From the IMG/VR virus record IMGVR_UViG_3300032893_000028, positions 9,972-73,971 of that record: a DNA stretch of 64,000 bases, one strand, 5' to 3'. The notes under the pieces are model-generated. The model saw only the letters and a list, made by a program, of their open reading frames with translations. It did no database searches and had not been told where the DNA came from. Within the stretch, counting starts at the first letter, position 1; each line of letters begins with the position of its first letter. Below, piece after piece: positions 20,014 to 30,444 of the stretch. A program made the translations under genes and the position numbers. This stretch comes from a virus.

Positions 20014-23000
20014 ATGGCGATCGTCCTGCCTCGTCTGACGGGTGTTCTCGAGGACGGGACGGGCTCGCTCGCGCAGTCCACCCAGCAGCGCGCGTTCCAG
20101 CGCGCCGCGTCCGGCACCATCTCCATCACCTGCTTCCGCGCCAGCGGCGCGCGCTTCAACCTCACCGGCGGCGCGCTCGTCTGGACGGTGGCGGACGGCA
20201 AGGGCGTCGAGATCTTCGCCCGCGCCGCCGACTTCGACGACGCCGCCAGCGGCGAGGCTACCTTCACCTTCGTCACCGAGGACACCGACCAGGCCGGCGG
20301 CGTCTCCAACTCCAACATCATCGGCCAGCACGACGTCGCCTTCGTCGACAACGCGGGCACCTACGGCGTCCCGGGGGCGATCTACCAGCTCGTCCCGCCG
20401 TCGATCCTGTACCTGTCCGATCTGCTCCTGCCCATCCCGCCCGTGGTCACGCCGCTGCCGCCGCAACTCCCCTTCTCCCAGGGCGCCACCGGCGCGCCGG
20501 GGCCAACGGGGCCCGCGGGTGTGACCGGCCCGGCCGGCCCTACGGGCGCCGCGGGCCCACAGGGCGCGACCGGCCCCGCCAACGGACCGCAGGGGCCGAC
20601 CGGACCGCAGGGCGCTACAGGCCCGACAGGGCCGGCGGGTACCAATGGAACCACCGGCGCGACGGGACCGACGGGGCCGCAGGGTCCTACAGGCGCCGCC
20701 GGTCCCACCGGCGTCACGGGCGCGACCGGCCCGACCGGCCCCGCAGGCGCCAACGGTGCGCAAGGCGCCACCGGCCCGACTGGCCCGCAGGGTCCAACCG
20801 GGACGCCCGGACCGACCGGCGTCACGGGGGCGACAGGTCCAACCGGCCCCGCCGGCGCACAAGGAGTGACAGGACCCGCGGGGCCGCAGGGCGCAACGGG
20901 CCCAACAGGGCCGCAAGGGCCGACAGGACCGCTTGGCGGCGGACCTCAGGGCGTTACCGGCGCAACGGGGCCGACAGGACCGCAGGGAGCCCAAGGCGTC
21001 ACGGGCGCGACGGGCCCGACGGGTCCCCAGGGAACGCAAGGCGTCCAGGGCGTCACCGGGGCGACGGGGCCGACCGGCCCGGCCGGCAGCACGGGCCCGG
21101 CGGGGCCGAACAGCCCGGCCTCCGACAGCACAGTCGCGCTCGGAACCACCAATCTGCGCTGGCTCGGCTTATACAATGCGGGCCCGCTCGGCGGCGGCTG
21201 GACGCAGGTGGCCATGGGCGCCGCCAGCGGCTGGACCGCCAGCGCGCGCAGCTACGGCGTGGGCGTCACGGGCGCCTCGGGCGACCGCATCGTCCAGCTC
21301 CCCGCGGCGGCGCAGTTCTACGCCGGCCAGGAGCTACGCGTGCGCGACGTCGGCGGTGGCGGCAACGTCCTCGCCGTCAAGTCGGCCGGCGCCGACCGCA
21401 TCAACGGCGCCACCGGGGTCACGTCTACCGCGGCCTACGCGCAGTGGCTGCTCGTCTCCGACGGCGCCTCCAACTGGTACGCGTCGCTCGGCCCGACGGG
21501 GCCGACCGGCCCGCAGGGGGCCACGGGCGCGACGGGTCCCACGGGCCCGGCGGGGACGACCGGCGCCACCGGCCCGACCGGACCCCAGGGCGCGCAGGGC
21601 GTCACGGGTGCGACCGGCCCGACGGGTCCGCAGGGGAGCCAGGGTGCGCAGGGCGTCACGGGGGCGACGGGCCCTACCGGCCCGGCTGGTGTGCAGGGGG
21701 TCACAGGCGCCACGGGTCCGACGGGGCCGCAGGGAGCCACGGGCCCGATCGGCCCGCAGGGCGCGACGGGGCCGGCGGGCGGCGGTGGCGGAGGCACGCC
21801 GACCACGCTCCAGGGCGCGTACAACGCCGGGCCCTCGGGGCCGCAGGCGATCGCGCTCGGGCCGTCGAGCGCGGGCCTGTACGGCGTGCTCATCCAGGAC
21901 ATGACCGGCGGGACGACGGGGCCGATCTTCGGCGTCGGCGGCCCGAGCGGCACGACCGGCTACCTGGTGGTGTACCCGACCGGCGCCTTCGCACAGGGTC
22001 TCGTGGTCGGCACTGGCAACAACTACGGTCAGTTCAACGCGGTGCCCGGCAGCAACACGGGGTACCCGAGGATCCTGCTCGCCACCGACAACATCTCGGC
22101 GGTCACCATGCTCGAGCTCGTCAACTCGCTCTACGCGACGACGAGCCAGTTCGCGCAGGCCGGCAACCTGGCGCTCTTCTCGGCCGGAGACATCTTTCAG
22201 ATCTACACGCAGAACGGCGGCGTAGCGCTCCTCGACCTTCGAACGCTGACCGCCTCCTTCAACGGCGCGGTGCAGCCGGGCGCGGACGCGGGCGCCGCGC
22301 TGGGCGCAACTCTTCGGCGATGGAACGGCCTCTACAACGTGGGGCCCTTATCCGCCGCGCTGTCCGTCAAGGCCTCGCCGACGGGGACGCCGTACGTCCT
22401 GGCATCCACCGACCACTTCATCGGGTTGACCGGGGCGTCGGGCACGAGGAGCGCGTTCCTGCCCGCGGCCAGCAGCGTTCCCGCCGGTCAATTCATCCGC
22501 GTGCAGGACGTGGCCGCCAACCCCAACGGCTTCCTGCTGGCGACCGCGACGGGGGCGACGGCCGACCGCATCAACGGCGCCACGGGGCTCACGCTGGCGG
22601 CGCGCTACGGCGGGATGATGGTCGTCTCCGACGGCGCCACCAACTGGTACGCCGCCGACATGGCGGGCTCGCTCCAGGACGCCTACGCCAACGGGGCGAG
22701 CGGGCCCGCTGTCATCGCGATCGGTCCGACGGGCTGGTACGGCGTTCTCATCCAGGATATGGGCAGCGGCGTAGCCACCGGACCGATCTTCGCCGTGCAG
22801 AATGCGCTCGGCACCACCAACTATCTGCGCGTGCAGGCCACCGGCGTTGACACCGTCGGGTATTTCAAGGGCAAGCGCCTCGACTTGAGCGTCGGCAAGG
22901 CGATCGGAACCAACAGCTTCACCGGCGCGCGGTTCGGCAACAGCGCCGGGAGCATCACGGGGTATACGGGGACCGACTCGGCCGGGCAATTCACGATCGT

Positions 23001-23241
23001 GGTCGGCGTGACCGGCTACACCATCAATCCCCAGATCACCATGTTCTACGCCGACGGGCCGCGCGCGACGCCCCGCTACATATCGAAGCTGCGCGCCTTC
23101 TCGCCCACCACCTTAGCGCCATATCTCGTCGACAACGAGACACCCACGTCCGTCACATGGACGCTGATAGGCAACGGGGCGCAGATGGGCGCGCCCACGG
23201 GCCTCGGCTTCTACACCATTGAGTACATGGGCCTGGGGTGA
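20014..23241 (+). CDS. Collagen-like fibre protein 2 (two G-X-T tracts, duplicated globular domains)
   Basis: Collagen tracts at ~20482-21110 and ~21490-21780; repeated '[18 protein letters not shown]' and 'LQ.AY..G.SGP..I..GP...YGVLIQDM' modules. Confidence 0.85.
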   Translation: MAIVLPRLTGVLEDGTGSLAQSTQQRAFQRAASGTISITCFRASGARFNLTGGALVWTVADGKGVEIFARAADFDDAASGEATFTFVTEDTDQAGGVSNSNIIGQHDVAFVDNAGTYGVPGAIYQLVPPSILYLSDLLLPIPPVVTPLPPQLPFSQGATGAPGPTGPAGVTGPAGPTGAAGPQGATGPANGPQGPTGPQGATGPTGPAGTNGTTGATGPTGPQGPTGAAGPTGVTGATGPTGPAGANGAQGATGPTGPQGPTGTPGPTGVTGATGPTGPAGAQGVTGPAGPQGATGPTGPQGPTGPLGGGPQGVTGATGPTGPQGAQGVTGATGPTGPQGTQGVQGVTGATGPTGPAGSTGPAGPNSPASDSTVALGTTNLRWLGLYNAGPLGGGWTQVAMGAASGWTASARSYGVGVTGASGDRIVQLPAAAQFYAGQELRVRDVGGGGNVLAVKSAGADRINGATGVTSTAAYAQWLLVSDGASNWYASLGPTGPTGPQGATGATGPTGPAGTTGATGPTGPQGAQGVTGATGPTGPQGSQGAQGVTGATGPTGPAGVQGVTGATGPTGPQGATGPIGPQGATGPAGGGGGGTPTTLQGAYNAGPSGPQAIALGPSSAGLYGVLIQDMTGGTTGPIFGVGGPSGTTGYLVVYPTGAFAQGLVVGTGNNYGQFNAVPGSNTGYPRILLATDNISAVTMLELVNSLYATTSQFAQAGNLALFSAGDIFQIYTQNGGVALLDLRTLTASFNGAVQPGADAGAALGATLRRWNGLYNVGPLSAALSVKASPTGTPYVLASTDHFIGLTGASGTRSAFLPAASSVPAGQFIRVQDVAANPNGFLLATATGATADRINGATGLTLAARYGGMMVVSDGATNWYAADMAGSLQDAYANGASGPAVIAIGPTGWYGVLIQDMGSGVATGPIFAVQNALGTTNYLRVQATGVDTVGYFKGKRLDLSVGKAIGTNSFTGARFGNSAGSITGYTGTDSAGQFTIVVGVTGYTINPQITMFYADGPRATPRYISKLRAFSPTTLAPYLVDNETPTSVTWTLIGNGAQMGAPTGLGFYTIEYMGLG

Positions 23242-23290
23242 GGTGATTCTGCCTTGCGCAGTCGGCGCTGCGCGTGTTGAATTGTGACAC

Positions 23291-23793
23291 ATGCAAACGA
23301 TCGCGCTGACTCGCGGACATGTAGCCTTAGTTGACGACGAGGACTACGAAAAACTCCAGAAATGGAAGTGGTTTGCGCAGCCGTCCTCAACATCCTGGTA
23401 CGCCAAACGTGATGGGCGTACCAGGGGGAAGGCATCGTTTATATGCATCGTGTCATTTGTGAAGCGCCTCGAGGTGTCGAAGTCGATCATATCGATGGTA
23501 ACGGTTTGAATAATTGCAAAACTAATTTACGATTAGCTTCTCGTCGAGAAAACGCTAGAAATACTCGAATATTTGTGCCCAAAAAATCGCGATTCAAGGG
23601 AGTTTCTTGGTTCACGCGCGATCAGTGTTGGCGTGCGTACATTTGCGATAAGTCAGTACAATTCGGAAAGTCGCCGCAGCGCCATCTCGGCTATTTCGAT
23701 TCTGAATTAGAAGCCGCGCGAGCGTACGATATCGCTGCCGTCAAATCCTTCGGCGTTTTTGCGGCCGTCAATTTCCCGTCGGAGAAAGCATGA
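23291..23793 (+). pseudogene. HNH-AP2 endonuclease split by a frameshift near 23420-23445
   Basis: N-terminal 'LTRGHVALVDDEDYE..KW' in one frame; 'MHRVI...VDHIDGNGLNN..NLR' and AP2 'HLGYFDSELEAARAYD' in another. Confidence 0.75.
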
Positions 23794-24488
23794 GTCTCAA
23801 TGTAGTTTGCGTTCATGCCAAACACGGGTTTCGATTCGCCGAGGTGTCCGGTACGCCGGCCGATCACGCGAGTCATTGGTCCTTCGACGACGAGCAGGAG
23901 GTGCGCGACCGCTGGTGGCGCGCCCAGCCGGGCGAGACCGTGCTCGACGTCGGCGCCGCGTTCGGCAGCTACGCCCTGCCCGCGCTGGCGGCCGGCGCGC
24001 GCGTCGTGTGCTTCTCGCCGGCGGACTTCGACACGGAGCTGCTCCGACACAATCTCTCGCTCAACCCCGAGCTGGCGCGGCGCTGCCTCGTCGTGCGCGA
24101 CGGGCTGCACGAGCGCGACGGCTGGTTCGACCCGGATCATTCGCACTTTACTGACGACGTCGGACCTCTTGGAATTCCGAGTCCGAAGGGCTACCAATGG
24201 CTCCGCGTGCGCTCGCTCGACTCATGGCTCGCCGAGCGGCCTGGCGTCGACCACGTCGACCTCGTCAAGATCGACGTCGAGGGCGCAGAGCTGGGCGTAC
24301 TCCGGGGCGCCGCGGGCATGCTGCGCCGCTGGCGCCCGCGGCTGCTGGTCGAGCTGCACGAATTCCACGTGCCGGACATGGCCGCGCGGATCTGGGCGTT
24401 CCTGGAGAGCCTTGAGCTCGGCTACACCGTCGAGGGGCCGGTCAAGCACTGCGCGGTCTCCCACGCGTTCTACGAGGTGAAGCGGTGA
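23790..24488 (+). CDS. FkbM-family methyltransferase
   Basis: 'VLDVGAAFG', 'LVKIDVEGAELGVLRGA', 'LLVELH'. Confidence 0.9.
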   Translation: MSLNVVCVHAKHGFRFAEVSGTPADHASHWSFDDEQEVRDRWWRAQPGETVLDVGAAFGSYALPALAAGARVVCFSPADFDTELLRHNLSLNPELARRCLVVRDGLHERDGWFDPDHSHFTDDVGPLGIPSPKGYQWLRVRSLDSWLAERPGVDHVDLVKIDVEGAELGVLRGAAGMLRRWRPRLLVELHEFHVPDMAARIWAFLESLELGYTVEGPVKHCAVSHAFYEVKR

Positions 24489-26017
24489 AGCCTACCGTCT
24501 GCCTCATCACGCCGCCGTCGGTGTTCCTGCTCGACGAGCGCGTCTTCCCCAACCTGGGGATCCTCAAGATCGCCGCCGCGCTGGAGGCGCGCGGGTACCC
24601 AGTAGAGCATCTCGACCTCGACGGCGTCTCCAACTTCGAGCAGGCCGTCGAGGCGCACTTCGAGGCCTCGTCGGCCGAGTACGTGGGCATCACCTGCACC
24701 ACGCCGCAGCTCCCCGCGGCGGTGCGGATCGCGCGCGCCATCCGCCACGTGCGCGGCGTCGCCGGGCCGCAGCTCATCGTCGGCGGCCCGCACCCGACCG
24801 TTACGCTGGCGGCGGTGAAGAAGGCCGGCGCTGGCGGCCGCGCGGGGCGCGCGCTCGAGCGGCTCAAGCAGGAGTTCGACGTCGTGGTGGCCGGCGACGG
24901 CGAGGAGTCGATCTTCTCGGCAATCGGCGCCTCCTACGGCAGCGTCATCGACGCCGACGACGCCAAGTCGCCGCTCTTCCTGCTCGGCAAACGGCTCGAG
25001 CAGGCGCCGTGGCCGGCGAGGCACCTGCTCGACCTCGACAGCTACCGCTATAAGATCGACGGAGTGCCCGCGTCCACGCTGGTCGCGCAGCTCGGCTGCC
25101 CATTCCGCTGCACGTTCTGCTCGGGGCGCTCGTCGCCGATGCTGCGCCGCGTGCGCTTCCGACCGACCGAGGACGTGCTGGCGGAGGTCGAGCACCTCCA
25201 CGTGCGCTACGGCTTCCGGGGCTTCATGTTCTACGACGACGAGCTCAACGTGTCGAAGGGCATGATGGACCTGATGCGCGGCATGGCCGCGCTCGCCAAG
25301 AAGCACAATACTGAGTGGCGCCTGCGCGGCTTCGTCAAGGCCGAGCTGCTCACGCAGGAGCAGGCCGACGCCATGCACGAGGCCGGCTTCCGCTGGCTGC
25401 TCTGCGGCTTCGAGAGCGGCAGCGAACGCATCCTGGCCAACATCGAAAAGCAGGCCACCGTCGCCGATAATGATCGCGCCGTCGAGTACGCGCGCCGCGC
25501 CGGGCTCAAGGTCAAGGCCCTCATGTCGCTCGGCCACGCCGGCGAGTCGGCCGAGACGATCGCCGACACCGAGGCGTGGCTGCGACGCGTGCGCCCCGAC
25601 GACTTCGACGCCACCGTGATCACACCCTACCCGGGCTCGCCGTACTACGACGAGTCGGTGCCGTCGGAGTTCGTCTGGAACGACCGCTCGCGGTTGGAAA
25701 CTGCCAACAAGCTCCAGGCATGCTGGACGTACACGCACCCGAAGTCGGGCGATCGGTTGCACATGGTCGAGCTTGACTACGCCGAGACGGTTGACTTCTA
25801 CAAGGGCGCGCCCGGCGAGTACCGCGCGTACACGTGGACCGACCATCTTTCGTCCGCGGACCTCGTGCGGATGCGCGATGAGCTGGAGACGCGCGTGCGC
25901 GCCGACCTCGGCATCCCCTACAACGCCGGCGCGCCCGGGATCCAGTTCGAGGCGTCGATGGGTCAGACGAAAAAACTCCCGCCGTCGATTTTGAGGTCGA
26001 CGGCGGGAATGTTATGA
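24485..26017 (+). CDS. B12-binding radical SAM enzyme
   Basis: 'PNLGILKIAA', 'VGGPHPT', 'GDGEE', CPFRCTFC, 'FYDDE', 'GFESGS', 'PYPGS'. Confidence 0.9.
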   Translation: MKPTVCLITPPSVFLLDERVFPNLGILKIAAALEARGYPVEHLDLDGVSNFEQAVEAHFEASSAEYVGITCTTPQLPAAVRIARAIRHVRGVAGPQLIVGGPHPTVTLAAVKKAGAGGRAGRALERLKQEFDVVVAGDGEESIFSAIGASYGSVIDADDAKSPLFLLGKRLEQAPWPARHLLDLDSYRYKIDGVPASTLVAQLGCPFRCTFCSGRSSPMLRRVRFRPTEDVLAEVEHLHVRYGFRGFMFYDDELNVSKGMMDLMRGMAALAKKHNTEWRLRGFVKAELLTQEQADAMHEAGFRWLLCGFESGSERILANIEKQATVADNDRAVEYARRAGLKVKALMSLGHAGESAETIADTEAWLRRVRPDDFDATVITPYPGSPYYDESVPSEFVWNDRSRLETANKLQACWTYTHPKSGDRLHMVELDYAETVDFYKGAPGEYRAYTWTDHLSSADLVRMRDELETRVRADLGIPYNAGAPGIQFEASMGQTKKLPPSILRSTAGML

Positions 26018-26200
26018 CGTCTTTTTTTCCTCCGCCTCGACCAGCTTTGCTATCGCTTCTCTAATTCGTTTGTCCGCCAATCCTCTAATTGGCTCTCCAG
26101 CTATCCATCGACGAACACTGCGATAGTCTACGCATGCGGCTTCAGCGATTTCTAATTCGCGTTCACGACTAATGATCCGCTTAGGAATTTTCTTCATCAT
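26012..26200 (-). CDS. Small HTH-like protein
   Basis: 'EIAEAACVDYRSVRRWIAGEP'; own promoter upstream. Confidence 0.65.
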   Translation of the reverse strand: MMKKIPKRIISRERELEIAEAACVDYRSVRRWIAGEPIRGLADKRIREAIAKLVEAEEKKTS

Positions 26201-26218
26201 CCCGCCTTTCTTCGCGCA

Positions 26219-26259
26219 AACCTAATGTTGCCTATCGTGTTCGTCAACCAAATTCTACT
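26219..26259 (-). promoter_or_regulatory. Promoter motif copy 2 (TTGACG-17-TAGGTT)
   Basis: AGAATTTGGTTGACGAAC. Confidence 0.65.
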
Positions 26260-26294
26260 TTACCCGCGCGCGCCCTGCCGCTAGTCTCGTCTCC

Positions 26295-26603
26295 ATGCGA
26301 ACCGTCATCATGTACACGTGCCTCACGCTCTCGTCGGTCATTCTCATTCTCGTGGCCTGCGCCGCGCTGCTCGGCTGCGCGCCGGCGCCCGACGGCCGAG
26401 TCGCGCCGCTGGCGGTGCGCCCGCCGTCGCTGTGCGCGGACGGGGGCGGCTGCCCCGAGGGGCTCCTGTGCGCCGACGACGGCCACTGCGGCGAGCCGTG
26501 CGGGGTCAACTTCGCCTGCCCGCTCGGCTACTACTGCTCGGCGCGCTTCCCCGGCCACGACTGCCTGCCGCTGTGCCTGCGCTCCGACGCGGGGTGCCAG
26601 TGA
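26295..26603 (+). CDS. Cys-rich predicted lipoprotein
   Basis: Hydrophobic N-terminus, LLGC lipobox, repeated C-x-CPxGxxC units. Confidence 0.6.
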   Translation: MRTVIMYTCLTLSSVILILVACAALLGCAPAPDGRVAPLAVRPPSLCADGGGCPEGLLCADDGHCGEPCGVNFACPLGYYCSARFPGHDCLPLCLRSDAGCQ

Positions 26604-27565
26604 AGGCTCGCCGACTCGCCCTCCTCACCGGCGGCGCCGGGTTCCTGGGCTCGCACCTCGTCGATCGGCTGCTCGCCGACGGGCGCGACGTCGCGGTCGT
26701 GGACGACTTCTCGACCGGGCGGCACGCCAATCTGGAGCACCTGCCCGTCGGCGCGATCAAGGTCCTGGAGCTCGACGTGCGCTCGCCCAACGCGGCCCGG
26801 CTCATGGCCTCGTTCGAGCCCGACGAGGTCTACCACCTGGCCTGCCCGGCCAGCCCGCCGGCGTACCAGCGCGACCCGCAGAAGACGATCGAGACCTGCT
26901 TCCTCGGCACGCGCGCCGCGCTCGACGCGGCCGAGCGCTCGCGGGCGCGCTTTCTCATGACTTCGACCTCGGAGATCTACGGCGACCCGCCGGCGAGCCA
27001 GCACCCGCAGCGCGAGGAGTACTGGGGCAACGTGAATCCTCGGGGATCTCGATCCATGTACGACGAGGGCAAGCGCGCCGCCGAGGCGCTATCGTGGTGC
27101 TACGAGCAGCGCGGCGTGCAGGTACAGGTGGCACGCATCTTCAACACCTACGGCCCGCGCATGGCCCCGGACGACGGCCGCGTCGTGAGCAACTTCGTGT
27201 GCCAGGCGCTCGCCGGCCAGCCGCTGACGGTCTACGGCGACGGGTCGCAGACGCGCTCGCTCTGCTACGTCGCCGACACGGTCGACGCGCTCGTGCGCCT
27301 GATGCAGATGCCGCACCCGATCGGCCCGGTCAACGTCGGCAATCCGGCCGAGGTGACCATGCTGGAGCTGGCGGAGGCCGTGGCGACGGCGATCGGGGCG
27401 GACCTCGCGGTCGACTACCTGCCCCTCCCCGCCGACGATCCCAAGCGCCGGCGGCCGGACATCGGTCGCGCGGGGCGGTTGCTGGGGTGGCGGCCGACGA
27501 CGCCGCTGGCGGTGGGCTTGGCGAGGACGGTGGATTACTTCAGAGAGGCGACGCGGAGGGGCTAG
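26600..27565 (+). CDS. uxs: UDP-glucuronate decarboxylase (UDP-xylose synthase) family
   Basis: TGGAGFLGSH, HLACPASP, TSTSEIYGDP, YWGNVNP, YDEGKR, RIFNTYGPRM, DGRVVSNF. Confidence 0.9.
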   Translation: MKARRLALLTGGAGFLGSHLVDRLLADGRDVAVVDDFSTGRHANLEHLPVGAIKVLELDVRSPNAARLMASFEPDEVYHLACPASPPAYQRDPQKTIETCFLGTRAALDAAERSRARFLMTSTSEIYGDPPASQHPQREEYWGNVNPRGSRSMYDEGKRAAEALSWCYEQRGVQVQVARIFNTYGPRMAPDDGRVVSNFVCQALAGQPLTVYGDGSQTRSLCYVADTVDALVRLMQMPHPIGPVNVGNPAEVTMLELAEAVATAIGADLAVDYLPLPADDPKRRRPDIGRAGRLLGWRPTTPLAVGLARTVDYFREATRRG

Positions 27566-27786
27566 CGGAAGGGATGGGGGACTTGCGCGGCTAGTGTTGC
27601 GGGATTGAACCACTCGCAACGTTTTTCGGCCTCGCGCGTGAACCACGTACATTGAATGCAATAGGTTTCGCGCTCGGGCAGGTGCTTCACTGCGTCATAT
27701 GTGAGGACACAATTGATTGTCATCGATGGCCCGCCACTGAGCAGCGAAACGACCATACCAACTTTGCAATCTTCCTTCTTCATCAT
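27562..27786 (-). CDS. DUF2158/YodC-like small protein
   Basis: 'KVGMVVSLLSGGPSMTI...CTWF'. Confidence 0.7.
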   Translation of the reverse strand: MMKKEDCKVGMVVSLLSGGPSMTINCVLTYDAVKHLPERETYCIQCTWFTREAEKRCEWFNPATLAAQVPHPFR

Positions 27787-28079
27787 CCGCCCGCCATCTT
27801 CCTGACCGCTGCGCGGACCTCCTCGAGCTGCGCCGTGGGCTGACCCTTGGCGCGGCACTCGGTCACGGCGCGGTTGAGCAGCGAGACCACGTCCCACAGC
27901 GCCTCCTGGCGCCCGGCGCGGCGCACGCGCGTCAGCGTCTCGTCGTCGCGGCGCAGGCGGTCGTTCTCCAAGATCACCTTGAGCTCCTGCGTCGTCGGTC
28001 CCTTGGGCCGCATGTGCTCCTCCCACCGCGCGTCGATGCGCTCCTGCTCCGCCACGATCTGTATGAGATTCGCCGTCAT
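27783..28079 (-). CDS. Hypothetical protein
   Basis: Overlapping start/stop chain on the minus strand. Confidence 0.55.
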   Translation of the reverse strand: MTANLIQIVAEQERIDARWEEHMRPKGPTTQELKVILENDRLRRDDETLTRVRRAGRQEALWDVVSLLNRAVTECRAKGQPTAQLEEVRAAVRKMAGG

Positions 28080-28450
28080 GGCAAATAATCCCCCTTGCGG
28101 CGCACGATGGTTTGGGCCTCGTCGGAACCAATCTTCGGATATAGCCATCTTTTTTGGCGCGGTGGATGCGGCAACGAATCGTAGCAATCTTGGCAGACGC
28201 CGACATCAGCGAGGAACGGGCTTCCCGTCCGTTCCATGAACTCGCGGATCTTGTGAATATTGGTGGACGGCATAAGGTGAGCTACCACTCCCGCCCGGCC
28301 GCAGACATGCGGACCACCACCGCGCATCTCGTCCGCCCGTCTACGGCACGTGCTGTAATCTTTCGTCCTTTCGTATAGAGAGTTTATCTCTTCTACCTGC
28401 TCGTCTGATAAGCCGATAAAGTCCCCGACGATGCCGCATGTCATGTCCAC
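28076..28450 (-). CDS. Hypothetical Cys-containing protein
   Basis: 124-aa ORF with GGAGG upstream. Confidence 0.55.
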   Translation of the reverse strand: MDMTCGIVGDFIGLSDEQVEEINSLYERTKDYSTCRRRADEMRGGGPHVCGRAGVVAHLMPSTNIHKIREFMERTGSPFLADVGVCQDCYDSLPHPPRQKRWLYPKIGSDEAQTIVRRKGDYLP

Positions 28451-28452
28451 GG

Positions 28453-28677
28453 TCAGCCTCCTCCCTTAATCTCGTCCAGCGAGCAGGCGGCCCGCCGCGC
28501 GTCCAGGCGCCATTGCATCTCGCGCTCGAGCGACTCCAGCACGTCGCGTCCGCGGTCGATGTGCTCCAGCCCGCGGAGAAGCTTCTCGGCGTCGGTCTCG
28601 GTCAGATCGACCACGATCCGGCGGGTGGCGCGGTGGTCCTCGATGGCCTCGACGGGGGCGTTGTGCTCTCGCTTCAT
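28453..28677 (-). CDS. Hypothetical protein (MKREHNAP...)
   Basis: ATG 7 nt after the -10 of promoter copy 3. Confidence 0.55.
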   Translation of the reverse strand: MKREHNAPVEAIEDHRATRRIVVDLTETDAEKLLRGLEHIDRGRDVLESLEREMQWRLDARRAACSLDEIKGGG

Positions 28678-28684
28678 GATCCTC

Positions 28685-28727
28685 AGCTTGCCCCCGTCCG
28701 GCCCGTTTGTCAACAAAAATCTTTTAA
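28685..28727 (-). promoter_or_regulatory. Promoter motif copy 3 (TTGACA-17-CAAGCT)
   Basis: AGATTTTTGTTGACAAAC. Confidence 0.65.
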
Positions 28728-28963
28728 CTCGGGGCGCGGCCGTGCAGGTAGTGGGCGACGCCGCGGTCGGTCTCGCCGCGGGTCCAGATCGCCACCAGCA
28801 CGTCGCGCTCCCAGATCGTGGCGCCCTCGATGCCTGGGGTGGCGCGCGCGACCTCAACCGCGTCGGCAAGCGTGTGCGTCCAGGCATCCGGGGCCCTGCG
28901 CACGCGGTCGGAGACGTTCTCCTCGAGCGTGCGCTCGGAGAAGTGCAGGAAGACGGCGTACAT
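28724..28963 (-). CDS. Hypothetical protein (MYAVFLHF...)
   Basis: GGGAGG upstream of ATG 28963. Confidence 0.5.
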   Translation of the reverse strand: MYAVFLHFSERTLEENVSDRVRRAPDAWTHTLADAVEVARATPGIEGATIWERDVLVAIWTRGETDRGVAHYLHGRAPS

Positions 28964-28964
28964 G

Positions 28965-30002
28965 CTAGGCGCCTCCCTTCTCGTCGAGCGCGGCGCCTTC
29001 ATAGGCGCAATCGCGAGCTGCGCCAATGCGATCAATGTGGTTCTGCTTTGACTGTCCGCACGAGCGACAAAGCACCGCATTACTCGATTTCTTCAAGTGC
29101 TCTCGCGCGCGTTCTAGCGCGTTATCGATCTCGAATTCATGCGCCAGAGATCCGTCAGCGCGATCGAACGACTCCGAAAGATCTTTCAGCCTGACAAGAT
29201 GATCCCCTGCGTCGGTCTGTGTCTTCTCTAGACGCTGGCGCATGACTGCACGCTCATGGAGCGCCTTCGCTAACTCGGCCTGCGTGCGTGCGATGGCCTC
29301 CACCGCAGCCTTGCCGGCGCTCTTGGCGTCGATGAATTCGCGATTGTGCGCGTGCACCTTGTAATCTTCGACGTCGAGCCCAAACGCCTACAGGATGTTA
29401 GTCAGGGCTTCGGGCACGTCCTTCGCCGCCTGATACACCGCTTCTAATTCGCGCATCTCCTCGACGGCTGCGGTCGCGGATGGGTCGGTCAAGATGGCGT
29501 CGGCCTCTTTGATTCGCCTGTCAATTTCCATGATGCCGATAGTGTGCCGAGTACAGACTAATTCGAATATGTCTCGCAGCGCCGCGACCGCGCGAGCGAG
29601 GCGGGTTTGCAGGTGCAGACGTTCCCGTGCTGGACCGGAGAGCGAGATCGCATCTTTCAGCTGCGCGTTCTCCTCTCGCGCAGCCGCAAGCTCGGCCATC
29701 ACATCGCGCAGATCGCGACACGTCTCGTCTCGTTGTCCTTCCGCCGCCTCCGCGCGCTTGACTGCAGCGTCGCGTTCTTCGCGCACCAGTTTTCGCCGCT
29801 CTTCGGTTAAATCGCGATCTAAGAGCAGGTATTCCGCGCGTGCGTGCTGCTCGTCGCGCTCCGCCCGCGCCTGGTCGCGTTCGGCGAGCGCAACGTCTCG
29901 GGCTCTCTCGGCCTCGTTGGCGCGGTGCCACTCCCTCTCGCGCTGCGTGTTGGCGGCGTCGCGCTCGGCGCGGGCCTGCGCGAGGAGCTCCGCCGCCGTC
30001 AC
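28965..30002 (-). CDS. Coiled-coil protein interrupted by a single in-frame TAG at 29388-29390
   Basis: ORFs 29388-30002 and 28965-29357 share a frame with no other stop between them. Confidence 0.45.
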
Positions 30003-30262
30003 CTCCGCACCGCCCGCGCGACCGCGGCGTCGACCGCCTCGACCGAGTCGTAGAGCTTGCCCGCGCCCGACGGGCCGCGCAGGTAGCAGCTCGCCCGGCC
30101 CTCGACCAGCACGCCGACGATGACCCCCAGCACCACCACCCAGTGCCTCGCGCCCTCGCCGGCGGCCGTGAAGCGCACGCGCGAGGCCCCGGGGGCGATC
30201 TGGTACGTGAAGGGGCGCATGGCCGCCGGGACATACTCGTGCGTCGCTCGCTCTTGTTTCAT
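29999..30262 (-). CDS. Hypothetical protein (MKQERATHEY...)
   Basis: GGGAGGG SD; coupled to flanking genes. Confidence 0.55.
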   Translation of the reverse strand: MKQERATHEYVPAAMRPFTYQIAPGASRVRFTAAGEGARHWVVVLGVIVGVLVEGRASCYLRGPSGAGKLYDSVEAVDAAVARAVRR

Positions 30263-30444
30263 GGTCACCCTCCCGCCTTGGCGCGCTTGAACACGCAGTG
30301 GGCGATAAAGCCCTTGTTCTCGATGTGCACCAGTTCCCACCCGAGATCGCCCCGATCGTTGATCCATTGCGAGAATGATTTCGCCGTGCGGTCGCACATT
30401 AACTCCTGGTACTCCCAACGTTGCATGGTCACCCTCCCGCCTTG
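30260..30444. repeat. 21-bp direct repeat CATGGTCACCCTCCCGCCTTG at 30260-30280 and 30424-30444
   Basis: Exact match read from the sequence. Confidence 0.9.
30265..30426 (-). CDS. DUF4177-like small protein (53 aa)
   Basis: MQRWEY...INDRGDLGWELV...VFKR. Confidence 0.65.
   Translation of the reverse strand: MQRWEYQELMCDRTAKSFSQWINDRGDLGWELVHIENKGFIAHCVFKRAKAGG

Noticed and set aside
9633-21780. 9-bp periodic repeats as a CRISPR-like or non-coding array
   Set aside because: Explained by collagen coding with synonymous variation; the antisense GPV ORFs are mirror artefacts
23291-23793. Programmed frameshift in the HNH-AP2 gene
   Set aside because: An indel in the G run near 23424 (decay or sequencing error) is a simpler explanation for a homing endonuclease
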